Below, in pieces: positions 19,648 to 29,431 of a stretch of 64,000 nucleotides of DNA. The notes below the pieces were generated by a model. That model saw only the letters and a list, made by a program, of their open reading frames with translations, searched no databases and was not told the origin of the DNA. The stretch covers positions 6,834-70,833 of the forward strand of contig JBKJTY010000032.1 of the NCBI GenBank assembly GCA_046590235.1, given 5' to 3'. This DNA is from Candidatus Magasanikiibacteriota bacterium (GTDB lineage: Bacteria > Patescibacteriota > Patescibacteriia > Magasanikbacterales > GWA2-37-8). Both the position numbers and the translations under genes were made by a program. Every line of letters starts with the position of its first letter. The stretch's first letter is position 1.

Positions 19648-21297
19648 ATGATCAATGACAAGCAAATCAAAGAGATGCTCGTCAAACAAAATTACGCGAC
19701 CGTCGAGGAAGTAGCTCAGGCGGAAAAAAAGGCAAAAGCATATCACACTACATTAGTAGAAATACTGATAAATGATGGGCTGATTACCAAAGAATTTCTT
19801 GCTCAAGCCACCGCTGAATTGTATCGCGTCAACTATCTTAACCTGGCCAATAATCCACCCGGATCAGACCAGGTTAAAAAAATCCCTGAAGAAATCGCTA
19901 AACGACTTCATATTGTTTTGTCTGCGGAAACCAAAGGTCATGTTACGCTCGCCACTGACAATCCCGAACAAAAAGATATCCTGATACAAGCTAAAAAACT
20001 TTTTCCCGGGCACAAAATCACCATTGTTTTTACTCCCACCGAACAAATTGAAGCGGCATTTACCCATTACCGCAAACCATTAGAAACACGCTTCAGCACG
20101 ATCATTGCGGCACAACGAAAGGTTGCCCCCGAAATCATCGAAGAAATTATTGCTGACGCGGTACTATTTCGAGCTTCCGATATCCACTTTGAACCCCAAG
20201 CTAAATTGGTTGAGGTTCGTTTTCGTGTTGATGGCGTCTTACGTGAAGCAGGGAATATTCCTAAAGAATACTACAGTAATGTTGTTAACCGCGTAAAAGT
20301 GCTCACTCATTTGCGAATTGATGAACACACCAATCCGCAGGATGGTGCGATGCATTACGAAAAAAATGATCATCGCATTGACCTGCGCGTTTCGATTGTA
20401 CCCGTGTTAGACGGCGAAAAAATTGTCATGCGTTTACTTGGTTCGTACCTTAAAACATTTAACCTGCATGATATTGGATTGTCGACCACCAACGAAGCCA
20501 TGCTTGTAGCAGCGGCAAACAAACCGTTTGGGATGATTCTCGTCGTTGGTCCGACTGGTTCAGGCAAGACGACCACGCTCTATGGCTTGCTTAAAGTTCT
20601 TAACAGTCCAGATCTTAATATCACTACCATCGAAGATCCTGTTGAATATAAGATGGTTGGTGTTAACCAGATCCAGGTTAACTCTGCCACCGATCTCACC
20701 TTTGCTCGCGGCTTGCGATCTATCGTCCGCCAAGATCCTGATATTATTCTTGTTGGTGAGATTCGCGACGAAGAAACTGCCGAGATTGCGGTCAATGCCG
20801 CGCTTACTGGCCATCTTTTATTTTCTACGTTTCATGCTAATGATGCCGCAACAGCTATCCCCCGCTTGCTGGACATGGGTGTTGAACCATTTTTATTGGC
20901 GTCGACTATGGAGCTTATTGTGGCCCAACGTTTGGTACGACGCATCTGTGAACAATGCCGTTACAGCGTCTCTCTGACACCCGCAGCGCTCGCTAAACGC
21001 TTTCCAACAGTTGGCCAATACTTCAAAAAAAGAACTATTACTATTTGTGAGAACAAAGGTTGCGATGCCTGCTTACACACCGGATATATCGGCCAGGTTG
21101 CCTTATTCGAAATGATTGAAATGACACCGGATTTAAAAACACTCATTCTCACCAACCCTTCAACTAAACAGATTTGGGATCTCGCCAAACAACATGGGTC
21201 AAAGTATCTTTTTGAAGATGGTATTGAAAAAGTTGAAAGCGGACTAACTTCACTCGATGAGTTACTACGCATCGCTATTCCACCAGCTCGCACCTAA
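19648..21297 (+). CDS. pilB: Type IV pilus/T2SS assembly ATPase (PilB/GspE family)
   Basis: ASDIHFEP, GPTGSGKTTT, TIEDPVEY, RQDPDIILVGEIRD, TGHLLFSTFH, CxxC...CxxC. Confidence 0.93.
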   Translation: MINDKQIKEMLVKQNYATVEEVAQAEKKAKAYHTTLVEILINDGLITKEFLAQATAELYRVNYLNLANNPPGSDQVKKIPEEIAKRLHIVLSAETKGHVTLATDNPEQKDILIQAKKLFPGHKITIVFTPTEQIEAAFTHYRKPLETRFSTIIAAQRKVAPEIIEEIIADAVLFRASDIHFEPQAKLVEVRFRVDGVLREAGNIPKEYYSNVVNRVKVLTHLRIDEHTNPQDGAMHYEKNDHRIDLRVSIVPVLDGEKIVMRLLGSYLKTFNLHDIGLSTTNEAMLVAAANKPFGMILVVGPTGSGKTTTLYGLLKVLNSPDLNITTIEDPVEYKMVGVNQIQVNSATDLTFARGLRSIVRQDPDIILVGEIRDEETAEIAVNAALTGHLLFSTFHANDAATAIPRLLDMGVEPFLLASTMELIVAQRLVRRICEQCRYSVSLTPAALAKRFPTVGQYFKKRTITICENKGCDACLHTGYIGQVALFEMIEMTPDLKTLILTNPSTKQIWDLAKQHGSKYLFEDGIEKVESGLTSLDELLRIAIPPART

Positions 21298-21306
21298 ACG
21301 ATTCTT

Positions 21307-22410
21307 ATGACGGTCGCTACACACTTACCGGACAAAAAAAGAAAGCGCCCTCAGCTTGTTTTTGGTTTAGGAAAAGAAAAAGATTATATTATTGAAAATT
21401 TAAGCCTGCTTATCGGTGCTGGTTTAGACGTGCTAACTGCGCTGACCCTGCTCAAATCTGATATCCGCTCCAGCGCCATGCGCCATGCGCTTGATGGCAT
21501 CATTAACGATATTGATAACGGATTATCTCTCTCTGAGGCGCTCGAAGACAGCGGCTTATTTCCATTATACATGGTTACAGTCATCAGAATTGGTGAAGGA
21601 AGCGGTAGGCTAGAAGAAAATCTTAAAGTGGTTGCGCTTCAAGACGAACGGGACAGATCTTTCCGCTCTCAAGTCCGTTCAGCCATGATGTATCCACTTT
21701 TTGTTTTTTCATTCACACTTATTATCGGTATTGGCATTGCCTGGTTTATTCTTCCGCGTCTAGCCACCGTCTTTGGCGGCCTTCATCTTAAATTGCCTTG
21801 GATTACCCGAGCGCTAATGGGTTTGGGTCAATGGCTCGGAATACACGGAGCTACAGCAGTTCCCTTGCTACTCCTGGCTAGCATGACCATTTTTTATTTT
21901 GCTTTCTTTTTTTCTCCAACTAAATTTATTGGCCAATGGTTCCTATTCCGGGTCCCTGGAATTAAAAAATTACTTCAAGAGTTGGAACTCTCCCGTTTCG
22001 GATATCTGCTCGGTACATTATTAAATGCTGGCATCCCAATCACAACTGCTGTTAATTCTCTAGTCCAAGCATCTTCTTTCCATAGTTATCGTAAACTGTA
22101 TACTCATTTGCAAGTGCAGCTTGAAGAAGGTAATTCAGTACAAAAAAGTCTCGCATCGTATCCACACAGTACTCGTCTCATCCCTTCACCGGTGCAGGGT
22201 GTGATTGCTGCCGGCGAACAGTCGGGTACCATGGCCACAGCACTCCTCAGACTGGGCCAAAACTTTTCTGCGAAGACTGAAGCGACAGCTAAAAATTTAA
22301 CAACACTTCTCGAACCGCTACTCTTGATTATTGTCTGGCTCGGGGTAATGGGTGTCGCGTTGGCTGTCTTTCTGCCTATTTATAACCTGGTTGGAGGACT
22401 TGATCAGTAA
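21307..22410 (+). CDS. pilC: Type IV pilus/T2SS platform protein (PilC/GspF)
   Basis: GEGSGRLEENL, AMMYP, GEQSG, LEPLL, LPIY. Confidence 0.92.
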   Translation: MTVATHLPDKKRKRPQLVFGLGKEKDYIIENLSLLIGAGLDVLTALTLLKSDIRSSAMRHALDGIINDIDNGLSLSEALEDSGLFPLYMVTVIRIGEGSGRLEENLKVVALQDERDRSFRSQVRSAMMYPLFVFSFTLIIGIGIAWFILPRLATVFGGLHLKLPWITRALMGLGQWLGIHGATAVPLLLLASMTIFYFAFFFSPTKFIGQWFLFRVPGIKKLLQELELSRFGYLLGTLLNAGIPITTAVNSLVQASSFHSYRKLYTHLQVQLEEGNSVQKSLASYPHSTRLIPSPVQGVIAAGEQSGTMATALLRLGQNFSAKTEATAKNLTTLLEPLLLIIVWLGVMGVALAVFLPIYNLVGGLDQ

Positions 22411-22497
22411 CATATCGTTATAGAAAGACCGCAGGCTAAACGTATCCAGAAAGCCGCTCCAACCCCAACCTCAACACCGACTACAACTACCAAAAAT

Positions 22498-22959
22498 ATG
22501 TTTAACCAAAAGAGTAACCTACTGTATCAAGCTGGTTTTACCTTAGTTGAGATAGTTTTAACACTAGCAATTATATCGACTGTAGCCTTGATTTCCATGC
22601 CTATTTATTGGCAACTCAAGCCCGCCAACGATCTCGATACGACACTATCACTGGTTGTTCACAATTTGCGCCGCGCGCAAACACTGGCTATGGGAGTTGA
22701 GCATGATAGCACTTGGAGTGCCACTCTTGAACCCGGCACTATGACGCTGTACGCTACAGATACTAATGGGAATCGATTAGTAAATTACGACGAAGTTTTT
22801 CCTTTACCTGCTGCCATTACTTTTACCGGACAAAGCACTTTCGTTTTTGCCAAGCTAACTGGTAAGCCGGTTACCGCTGGTACTATCGTTCTTACCAACC
22901 CGCACAATAATGTTAGTAAAACTATTACAATTAACCAAGTTGGGGTGGCTAGTTACTAG
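22498..22959 (+). CDS. Minor pilin (FimT/GspH-like)
   Basis: Class III signal AG|FTLVEIV. Confidence 0.85.
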   Translation: MFNQKSNLLYQAGFTLVEIVLTLAIISTVALISMPIYWQLKPANDLDTTLSLVVHNLRRAQTLAMGVEHDSTWSATLEPGTMTLYATDTNGNRLVNYDEVFPLPAAITFTGQSTFVFAKLTGKPVTAGTIVLTNPHNNVSKTITINQVGVASY

Positions 22960-23371
22960 CACTACCAAGCAGTCCGGTTTTAGCTTGGTGGAAGCGCTGC
23001 TTTCCATTGCTCTTTTTGCATTGTTAATTGGCACCTTAATCAGTGGGGCGTTGTATGGTCAGCAGTCTGTTATTCTAGCCGGTAATCGCGAACGTGCCAC
23101 CGCGCTCGCTGAAGAAGGTCTGGAAGCCGTACGTAACTTACGTGATACGAGCTACACCAACTTGACTCCCGGTACCTACGGACTAGCAAATGATAACCAA
23201 AGATGGATATTGCAACCTTCACCTGATCAAACGGGAATTTTTGCGCGAAGCATTACTATTACATCCGTTGCAGAGGGTACAGCAGAAGTTGTTGCAACCG
23301 TCACTTGGCAATGGGTTACTACCCACAGTAATTCAGTCGTGCTTACTACCTATTTAACCAATTGGAAATGA
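22910..23371 (+). CDS. Minor pilin (PilV-like); start uncertain (possibly TTG at 22940)
   Basis: SG|FSLVEAL, ALAEEGLEAVR. Confidence 0.85.
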   Translation: MLVKLLQLTKLGWLVTSTTKQSGFSLVEALLSIALFALLIGTLISGALYGQQSVILAGNRERATALAEEGLEAVRNLRDTSYTNLTPGTYGLANDNQRWILQPSPDQTGIFARSITITSVAEGTAEVVATVTWQWVTTHSNSVVLTTYLTNWK

Positions 23372-23883
23372 AACTTTTTCCTACTAGACAATCGATAAGT
23401 GGTTTCACACTCACAGAGGTGATTCTTTACATTTCTTTAGCGGCATTTACTTTGTTAGCCACTTCTACGCTATTTTTTTATGTGATTCAAGCCAAGATTA
23501 AACAACAAGCTATCTCTGAAGTTGAAGAACAAGGCAATACACTGCTTAGGGTTATCACACAAACAATTCGAAACGCACAAAACTTTGACAACCTGAGTCC
23601 AGGCACTACTAGCGCTACCCAGCTTTCAGTTACTTCGCCTTCAGGTACTTCGACGGTTTTTACTTTAGTTAATGGAACGTTGAATAGTAGGGAAAATGGC
23701 GGTTCGGACGTCGCATTGACATCTCCTCGAGTAATAATGACTAATCTTTTGTTTGAAAATTTGGGACAACCGACCACTATTGGCGCTATTCGAATCCGTT
23801 TCACACTAAGCACGGTTAATCAATCTGCTATACAAGAATTTTCTTATCAACAAACGTTTTATGGATCTGCTACAACCCGCTAA
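23368..23883 (+). CDS. Minor pilin (PilW-like)
   Basis: SG|FTLTEVILY; ATG overlaps previous stop. Confidence 0.85.
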   Translation: MKLFPTRQSISGFTLTEVILYISLAAFTLLATSTLFFYVIQAKIKQQAISEVEEQGNTLLRVITQTIRNAQNFDNLSPGTTSATQLSVTSPSGTSTVFTLVNGTLNSRENGGSDVALTSPRVIMTNLLFENLGQPTTIGAIRIRFTLSTVNQSAIQEFSYQQTFYGSATTR

Positions 23884-24277
23884 TAGCACCACCGGTTTTG
23901 CCACGCTCACCAACGTGATTATTTTGGGTGCAGTTGGGGCAACTATTACAACCACACTCTTAATTCTTGGGACGGGTGCTACGCGCAATAGTGGCATCGT
24001 CGAGCAGTCTGGTAAAGCTCGATCGCTGGCAAACGCTTGCGCGGAAACTGCCCTACTTCATATCAGACAAGATGGTTTGTTATCAGGAACCGATACCATT
24101 ACCTTGGGACAAGGTACCTGTACATATGCAATAACAGCAGCATCCGAGATTGCAGGAGAAGTATCTGCTACCGGACTTGTCGGAACTTTGAAACGAAAAA
24201 TACATATCGATCTCACTACAAATACCAGCACTCAAGCTATCAGCATTGGTTCCTGGCAAGAGGTAGCTGATTTTTAA
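23861..24277 (+). CDS. Minor pilin (PilX/GspK-like, no Glu5)
   Basis: TG|FATLTNVII, ARSLANACAETAL, C-terminal WQEV. Confidence 0.8.
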   Translation: MDLLQPANSTTGFATLTNVIILGAVGATITTTLLILGTGATRNSGIVEQSGKARSLANACAETALLHIRQDGLLSGTDTITLGQGTCTYAITAASEIAGEVSATGLVGTLKRKIHIDLTTNTSTQAISIGSWQEVADF

Positions 24278-24301
24278 AAGCACCCGGTTGGGTGCTTTTA
24301 A
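24272..24301. terminator. Bidirectional terminator between convergent pilin genes
   Basis: TTAAAAGCACCC-GGTT-GGGTGCTTTTAA. Confidence 0.75.
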
Positions 24302-24321
24302 GTAGAAGTGTTACATTTTGA

Positions 24322-24807
24322 TTATCTAGTAATACGTATGGTTGCATCCAATTCAGCGTACGGCGCAGAAACGGTTACTCGATTGTTGCTTGTCAAAAAT
24401 ATCGTGTAACAGGCACTGTTACTGTCACTGTCCAAACACAGCTGTGCTGGATCATTCGGTATGCTTGTTAAGTATTTTTCGTTAAGCGTTAAATATGGAC
24501 CTAAATTAATCAAATTAGTACAATTAGGCTGCAAACTCGTTCTGCAAATCTCTGTTTCATTACTGGTAATTGTTGCTGGCAACACACCGTCATTATCAAT
24601 GGCGTATTGGTAGACTGCGTTCGCAATCGTATTAACGTCAGCGCGGCGCTGAGCGTTTCTTGCGCTAGCCAACTGCTTACTTGGGTTAATCGCAAAAATA
24701 ACGATGCCTGCCAAAATTGCGATCATCGCAACTACGAGAAGGATTTCAAGCAGAGTAAATCCAGCTTGTGTTTGTTTATTTTTTTGGAAAAGTCTGGTGA
24801 ATTTCAT
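24322..24807 (-). CDS. Type IV major pilin-like protein
   Basis: AG|FTLLEILLVVAMIAILAGIV, ARNAQRRADV, four Cys; start at MKF (24807). Confidence 0.9.
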   Translation of the reverse strand: MKFTRLFQKNKQTQAGFTLLEILLVVAMIAILAGIVIFAINPSKQLASARNAQRRADVNTIANAVYQYAIDNDGVLPATITSNETEICRTSLQPNCTNLINLGPYLTLNEKYLTSIPNDPAQLCLDSDSNSACYTIFLTSNNRVTVSAPYAELDATIRITR

Positions 24808-24878
24808 ATACGAATTATAATGAAAGCAGTATACCACTCTTCATTATTTCTTACAATCTACTATTCGCAGCTAGCCTA

Positions 24879-26894
24879 TTATAGCTCATTTATATCTTTC
24901 AGAAAACTACCCGGACGACGTTTAGGCATTGGCGCATCTTCATCTACATATTGAATATCAGCACGGGGATCATTAAGGACAGTTGGATTGCTAAGCAATG
25001 AATGGTCTTCAATTAACTGATAATCGATTTCATCGAGGAACATACTTGGACCTGAAAGAAAATCACCATAAGCACCGCCCGCCATTGGATAAGTGAAATA
25101 TAGTAATTCTTTTGCGCGAGTGATTGCCACGTAAAATAATCGGCGCTCTTCTTCAATACCATTGTCTTCTTTCATAGCCCGATCGCTCGGGAATGAACCA
25201 CTTGAAAGATTTAAAATGAAAACCGCTTTCCATTCTAAACCTTTGGCTTGGTGAATGGTAGAGAGAACGACTCTGGCCTTACTGTCTTCTACGCTTGTGC
25301 TACGATGTGACTCTTGCAGTGTAGCGTCGCCGAGGAACGCGTCGAGGCTGTCATATTTTTCAGCGAATAATGCCAACTGCTTAATATCATTCAAACGATC
25401 TCGGCTGTCGACAAATTCACTTTCCAAATACTGTCGGTAATTTGATTGAGCCAGAACATCGATCAATGCGGTCGGCGAACGTACTGGTTCGCGCATCATA
25501 GCATCAAAGATTTTTAAAAAGTTATTCCATCCAGTCTGAGCTTTATTACCGAGCACTGTCCCGGCACGATAAACATCTTCCAAATTTTTTATTTCTTTCA
25601 TTTGTTCTATAACTTTTTGTGCTGCTGCTGGACCTACACCTTCTTCATGCATAAGCACACGAAGCCAAGCCGCAGTGTCGGCAAGGTTAGTCATCAATCG
25701 TAAATAACAAAGAATATCTTTGACATGAGCACGCTCAAAAAAGCGAACACCACCACGGTAATCATACGCGATACCGCGACGGACAAGCTCGACTTCAAGC
25801 ATCTGTGAATGGTGCGACGCACGGAACAACACGGCAATTTCGTTGGCCGGCGTCCCCTTTTCAATCAAATCAGCAATTTTTGCAGCAACAAAATTACCTT
25901 CGGATTGCTGGTCGAGTTGCGGATAGAGATATGGTTTTTCACTGGTTTTGATTGCCTTTAATGTTTTTTGAAACTGTGAACGATTGTTAGAAATAACATT
26001 ATTCGCGACATCGAGAATCTCTTTGCCAGATCGGTAATTGGTTTCCAGTTTAAAAATCTTGGTCCCAGGAAACGCATTCGGGAACTGTAAAATATTTTGA
26101 ATATCAGCCGCGCGGAACGAATAAATACTTTGCGCATCATCCCCTACCACCAAAATATTTTTGTTAATGGAGGCGAATTGATTGATAATAGACGCTTGGA
26201 TTTTGTTAGTATCCTGATACTCATCCACGAGCACATAATAAAATTGGCTCGCGTATTTTTCATGCACTTGCGGCTGGCGTAATAGCACCAATAGATTAAC
26301 AAGCAGGTCATCGAAGTCCATGGCGTTGGCTTCTTTTTTCTTTACTACATAGCCAGCGGCGATTTGTTTAATATCTTCAGCAAACGGAAACCATTGGAAA
26401 AATTTATTTTCTAAAACTGAATCAATCGTTGTTTCAGCATTGCGGGCATAGCTGATAACACTCGACACCGCGCTAGCGGAAGGAAATTTTTTCGCACCTT
26501 TAGCTTCAGGCTTCACTTCTTTAATGCAAAGCTTCAAAAGCGATTCACTATCGTCACTGTCGAGTACGGTAAAATTATTACCGTATCCCAAAAGTGGTGC
26601 GTAGATGCGTAAAATACGAAATGCAATATGATGGAACGTGCCTGACCACGGCAAAGCTGTTTGCATACCAGTGATTTGTTGCACGCGATGACGCATTTCT
26701 CCAGCAGCTTTGTTGGTAAATGTAACCAATAAAATATTTTCTGGTTTAACACCCTGCTCTAATAGAAAGGCAACACGAAAAGTAATGGTTCTTGTCTTAC
26801 CACTCCCCGCTCCAGCCAAAACTAAGCATGGACCGTCACCACCTTGCACAGCAGCAAGCTGTTCTTCGTTAAGTTCTTTTACAAAATCGATCAT
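24879..26894 (-). CDS. UvrD/PcrA-family ATP-dependent DNA helicase
   Basis: LAGAGSGKT, VDEYQDTN, VGDDAQSIYSFR, STIHQAKGLEW, EERRLFYVAITRA. Confidence 0.96.
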   Translation of the reverse strand: MIDFVKELNEEQLAAVQGGDGPCLVLAGAGSGKTRTITFRVAFLLEQGVKPENILLVTFTNKAAGEMRHRVQQITGMQTALPWSGTFHHIAFRILRIYAPLLGYGNNFTVLDSDDSESLLKLCIKEVKPEAKGAKKFPSASAVSSVISYARNAETTIDSVLENKFFQWFPFAEDIKQIAAGYVVKKKEANAMDFDDLLVNLLVLLRQPQVHEKYASQFYYVLVDEYQDTNKIQASIINQFASINKNILVVGDDAQSIYSFRAADIQNILQFPNAFPGTKIFKLETNYRSGKEILDVANNVISNNRSQFQKTLKAIKTSEKPYLYPQLDQQSEGNFVAAKIADLIEKGTPANEIAVLFRASHHSQMLEVELVRRGIAYDYRGGVRFFERAHVKDILCYLRLMTNLADTAAWLRVLMHEEGVGPAAAQKVIEQMKEIKNLEDVYRAGTVLGNKAQTGWNNFLKIFDAMMREPVRSPTALIDVLAQSNYRQYLESEFVDSRDRLNDIKQLALFAEKYDSLDAFLGDATLQESHRSTSVEDSKARVVLSTIHQAKGLEWKAVFILNLSSGSFPSDRAMKEDNGIEEERRLFYVAITRAKELLYFTYPMAGGAYGDFLSGPSMFLDEIDYQLIEDHSLLSNPTVLNDPRADIQYVDEDAPMPKRRPGSFLKDINEL

Positions 26895-26973
26895 AAATAG
26901 AAAAAATCTGTTTCATTATAACAGTCATGCTGTGCGCGGTCAAAGGCACATCTATTGTCATACCAAGCATATG

Positions 26974-27058
26974 TGTCATTCCCGCGAAGGCCATGCCTAC
27001 CGGCAGGCAGGCGGGAATCCAGGACACCATAATGTCATTCTGAGGAATCGAAGAATCT
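26974..27058. repeat. Nested palindromic repeat cluster
   Basis: GTCATTCCCGCG...CGGGAATCCAG interrupted by CCATGCCTACCGGCAGGCAGG; followed by GTCATTCTGAGGAATCGAAGAATCT. Confidence 0.75.
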
Positions 27059-27285
27059 TCCTATTATTCAATGTTACTTCACTATCGTTCTTCTCTTTTC
27101 TTGCTATTGCAAAGTGCGCATGTCACTTTCTTTATAACTAAAGGAAGGTAACCAAAGAAAGTTTCAGGGGAAAGTAAAACTCGCCCCGGCTCAAACAATT
27201 ACTTTCCCCCGAACCCCACCTACTCGGAAGGAATTTTATAGTTACGCTTGAAAAATCCCTCCTCATATGGTAGCATTGCGCCGAT

Positions 27286-28455
27286 ATGTCATTTTTTAAA
27301 CTCCTCAAAAAAGATTCAAAAACCCACGCCCGCCTTGGCCAGATCACTACTGACCACGGTGTCATTGAGACGCCAATATTTATGCCGGTGGGTACACAAG
27401 CAACCGTGAAGACGCTCGATAGCGCTGACATGCACCAGATGAACGCCCAGATTATTTTAGGTAACAATTATCATTTACATTTACGTCCGGGTGAAGACTT
27501 GATTGCCGCAGCTGGTGGCTTACATAAATTCATGAACTGGAACAAACCGATTTTGACTGACAGCGGTGGCTTCCAGGTGTTTAGTTTGGGTTTACAAAAA
27601 GAGCAGCGGATAAATGGTAAGAATACCAACACAACTAAACTTGTTAAAATTACCGAAGAAGGCGTCGCCTTCCAAAGTCATATTGATGGCTCACGACATA
27701 TTTTCACTCCGGAATCCGCCATTTTGTGCGAACATAAAATTGGCGCTGATATCATCATGGCATTTGATGAGTGCACACCAGACTCCGCAACTCCAGAATA
27801 CACTCGCGAAGCCATGGAACGCACACACCGTTGGGCTGTCCGCAGCTTGGACGCGCATAAAGAAAATACCAAGTACCATGGTTATAACCAATTTATTTTC
27901 GGCATTATTCAAGGCGCTAATTACAAAGAATTACGTGAAGAATCCGCCCGCTACATTAGTAGTTTAGATTTTGATGGCATTGCGATTGGTGGTGAATCCA
28001 TTGGCTATAATATGGAAGCGACCGCCAACATCCTTGATTGGGTACATCCAATTATTCCAGAAGATAAACCACGATACTCCATGGGTGTTGGTCTAAATCC
28101 AACTGATCTTATTATTGCTGTTGAGCATGGTGTCGATATGTTTGATTGTGTTGCCCCAACTCGCCTCGCTCGCCACGGCATGCTTTTCACTTTTGATAGA
28201 ACAAATAAACATCGTCTCAACATTAAGAATGCAAAATGCGCCACCGATTTTAGTCCGATTGATAGCGCTTGTGATTGTCACACCTGTAAAAATTATTCCC
28301 GCAGCTACCTTCACCACTTATTTGATGCTGACGAGATGACCGGTATGCGCCTGGCTTCAATTCACAATCTCCGCTTTATGCTTAAACTGATGGAAAATGT
28401 ACGAGCTGCAATAAAGGAAGATCGCTTCACTGAATTTAAGGAACAATGGATGTAA
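27286..28455 (+). CDS. tgt: tRNA-guanine transglycosylase
   Basis: TPIFMPVGT, LTDSGGFQVFSL, DMFDCVAPTR, CDCHTC...H Zn site. Confidence 0.97.
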   Translation: MSFFKLLKKDSKTHARLGQITTDHGVIETPIFMPVGTQATVKTLDSADMHQMNAQIILGNNYHLHLRPGEDLIAAAGGLHKFMNWNKPILTDSGGFQVFSLGLQKEQRINGKNTNTTKLVKITEEGVAFQSHIDGSRHIFTPESAILCEHKIGADIIMAFDECTPDSATPEYTREAMERTHRWAVRSLDAHKENTKYHGYNQFIFGIIQGANYKELREESARYISSLDFDGIAIGGESIGYNMEATANILDWVHPIIPEDKPRYSMGVGLNPTDLIIAVEHGVDMFDCVAPTRLARHGMLFTFDRTNKHRLNIKNAKCATDFSPIDSACDCHTCKNYSRSYLHHLFDADEMTGMRLASIHNLRFMLKLMENVRAAIKEDRFTEFKEQWM

Positions 28456-28560
28456 ATTGCGCTTTCCAGGTGGTGCATAAGTAGATTGACCATTTGCCTG
28501 TTCTGGAGTAAACTTCGGCCTAATTCCATTTTGTCACCCCTAGGGTGAAGAGGAGAACGC

Positions 28561-28845
28561 ATGCAGCCGTTCGCACTGATCATTACGAAACCCGAACTGA
28601 TGCTGGTCACTAACCACCTTCCCACAACCCCCAACATGATCAAACCGATCGAAAAACTGGAGGTCGACGCCGACTGGGATGAGGCGGCCAAGTCTTACCT
28701 CGTTACCCCCGAAGTTTTTCTCGAGGCGCTCACGAAGATCAGCAAGACCGTTTCTGATTACTGGAACGGCATCCTGGCAAATTCGGGTATTGTGATTCTC
28801 ACCGTCCCCGAAAATGCCGCCTACCTTCCGATCGCTTATGCTTAG
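28561..28845 (+). CDS. Orphan hypothetical protein (cassette-type)
   Basis: AAGGAG SD; promoter TTGACC-17-TAAACT at 28486-28514; hairpin ~28853-28905. Confidence 0.65.
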   Translation: MQPFALIITKPELMLVTNHLPTTPNMIKPIEKLEVDADWDEAAKSYLVTPEVFLEALTKISKTVSDYWNGILANSGIVILTVPENAAYLPIAYA

Positions 28846-29022
28846 ACAAAATGAAATGGGGAGCAGGTGTGAGGGTCATATTCGACCCCACACCGCTCCC
28901 ACTTCATAATTTAGCTAATCCTAGCTAATTTTTTTATTATCAGGCTTGACAAAAGCCTGTTTTTGTTATATGCTCTTGGCGTCACAACTTACCCTTCTTC
29001 ACTAAGAAGAGATTGGACATCC

Positions 29023-29370
29023 ATGTCAGCTTTGAAAGAGTTAAGGAGTCTTCTAGTCGTAAGCCGTCCGGCAGCATACCTTTACAACCGAGCTCTTCTC
29101 CGGAAAACCCCCATGACACCCGAATTTCGTGAGGCTATGATTGGGTTAGTCTGCATGCCAATCGGAAAGGAACGGCTGGCATCAAAGCAACCCAAGAATT
29201 TCGACTCAACCACCCCAGAGGAATGCTCGGGATGGTATCACGTTGCCTATAGCGATGTGATGGATTACTTTGAAAGGACAAACACGGGGTTGTACGCTGC
29301 GTGGGTTGCAACTCCAGTCAGCCAGAACGACGTTTTTCTCGTGAGTCCTGATCAGTGTAAAGTCGGCTAA
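29023..29370 (+). CDS. Orphan hypothetical protein (cassette-type; start uncertain)
   Basis: Promoter TTGACA-17-TATGCT at 28946-28974; hairpin at 29382-29413. Confidence 0.55.
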   Translation: MSALKELRSLLVVSRPAAYLYNRALLRKTPMTPEFREAMIGLVCMPIGKERLASKQPKNFDSTTPEECSGWYHVAYSDVMDYFERTNTGLYAAWVATPVSQNDVFLVSPDQCKVG

Positions 29371-29431
29371 GCGGTGACAAAGGGGGCAGCGGTCAAATAC
29401 TGACCGCTGCCTCACCCACCCCATTATATAT

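Noticed and set aside
19648-19830. MshEN c-di-GMP-binding motif in PilB
   Set aside because: The spacing is reminiscent, but the RLG residues are absent, so binding cannot be supported.
26710-27141. 143-aa plus-strand ORF across the uvrD start and repeat cluster
   Set aside because: Antisense to uvrD and then translates palindromic repeats; not a credible gene.
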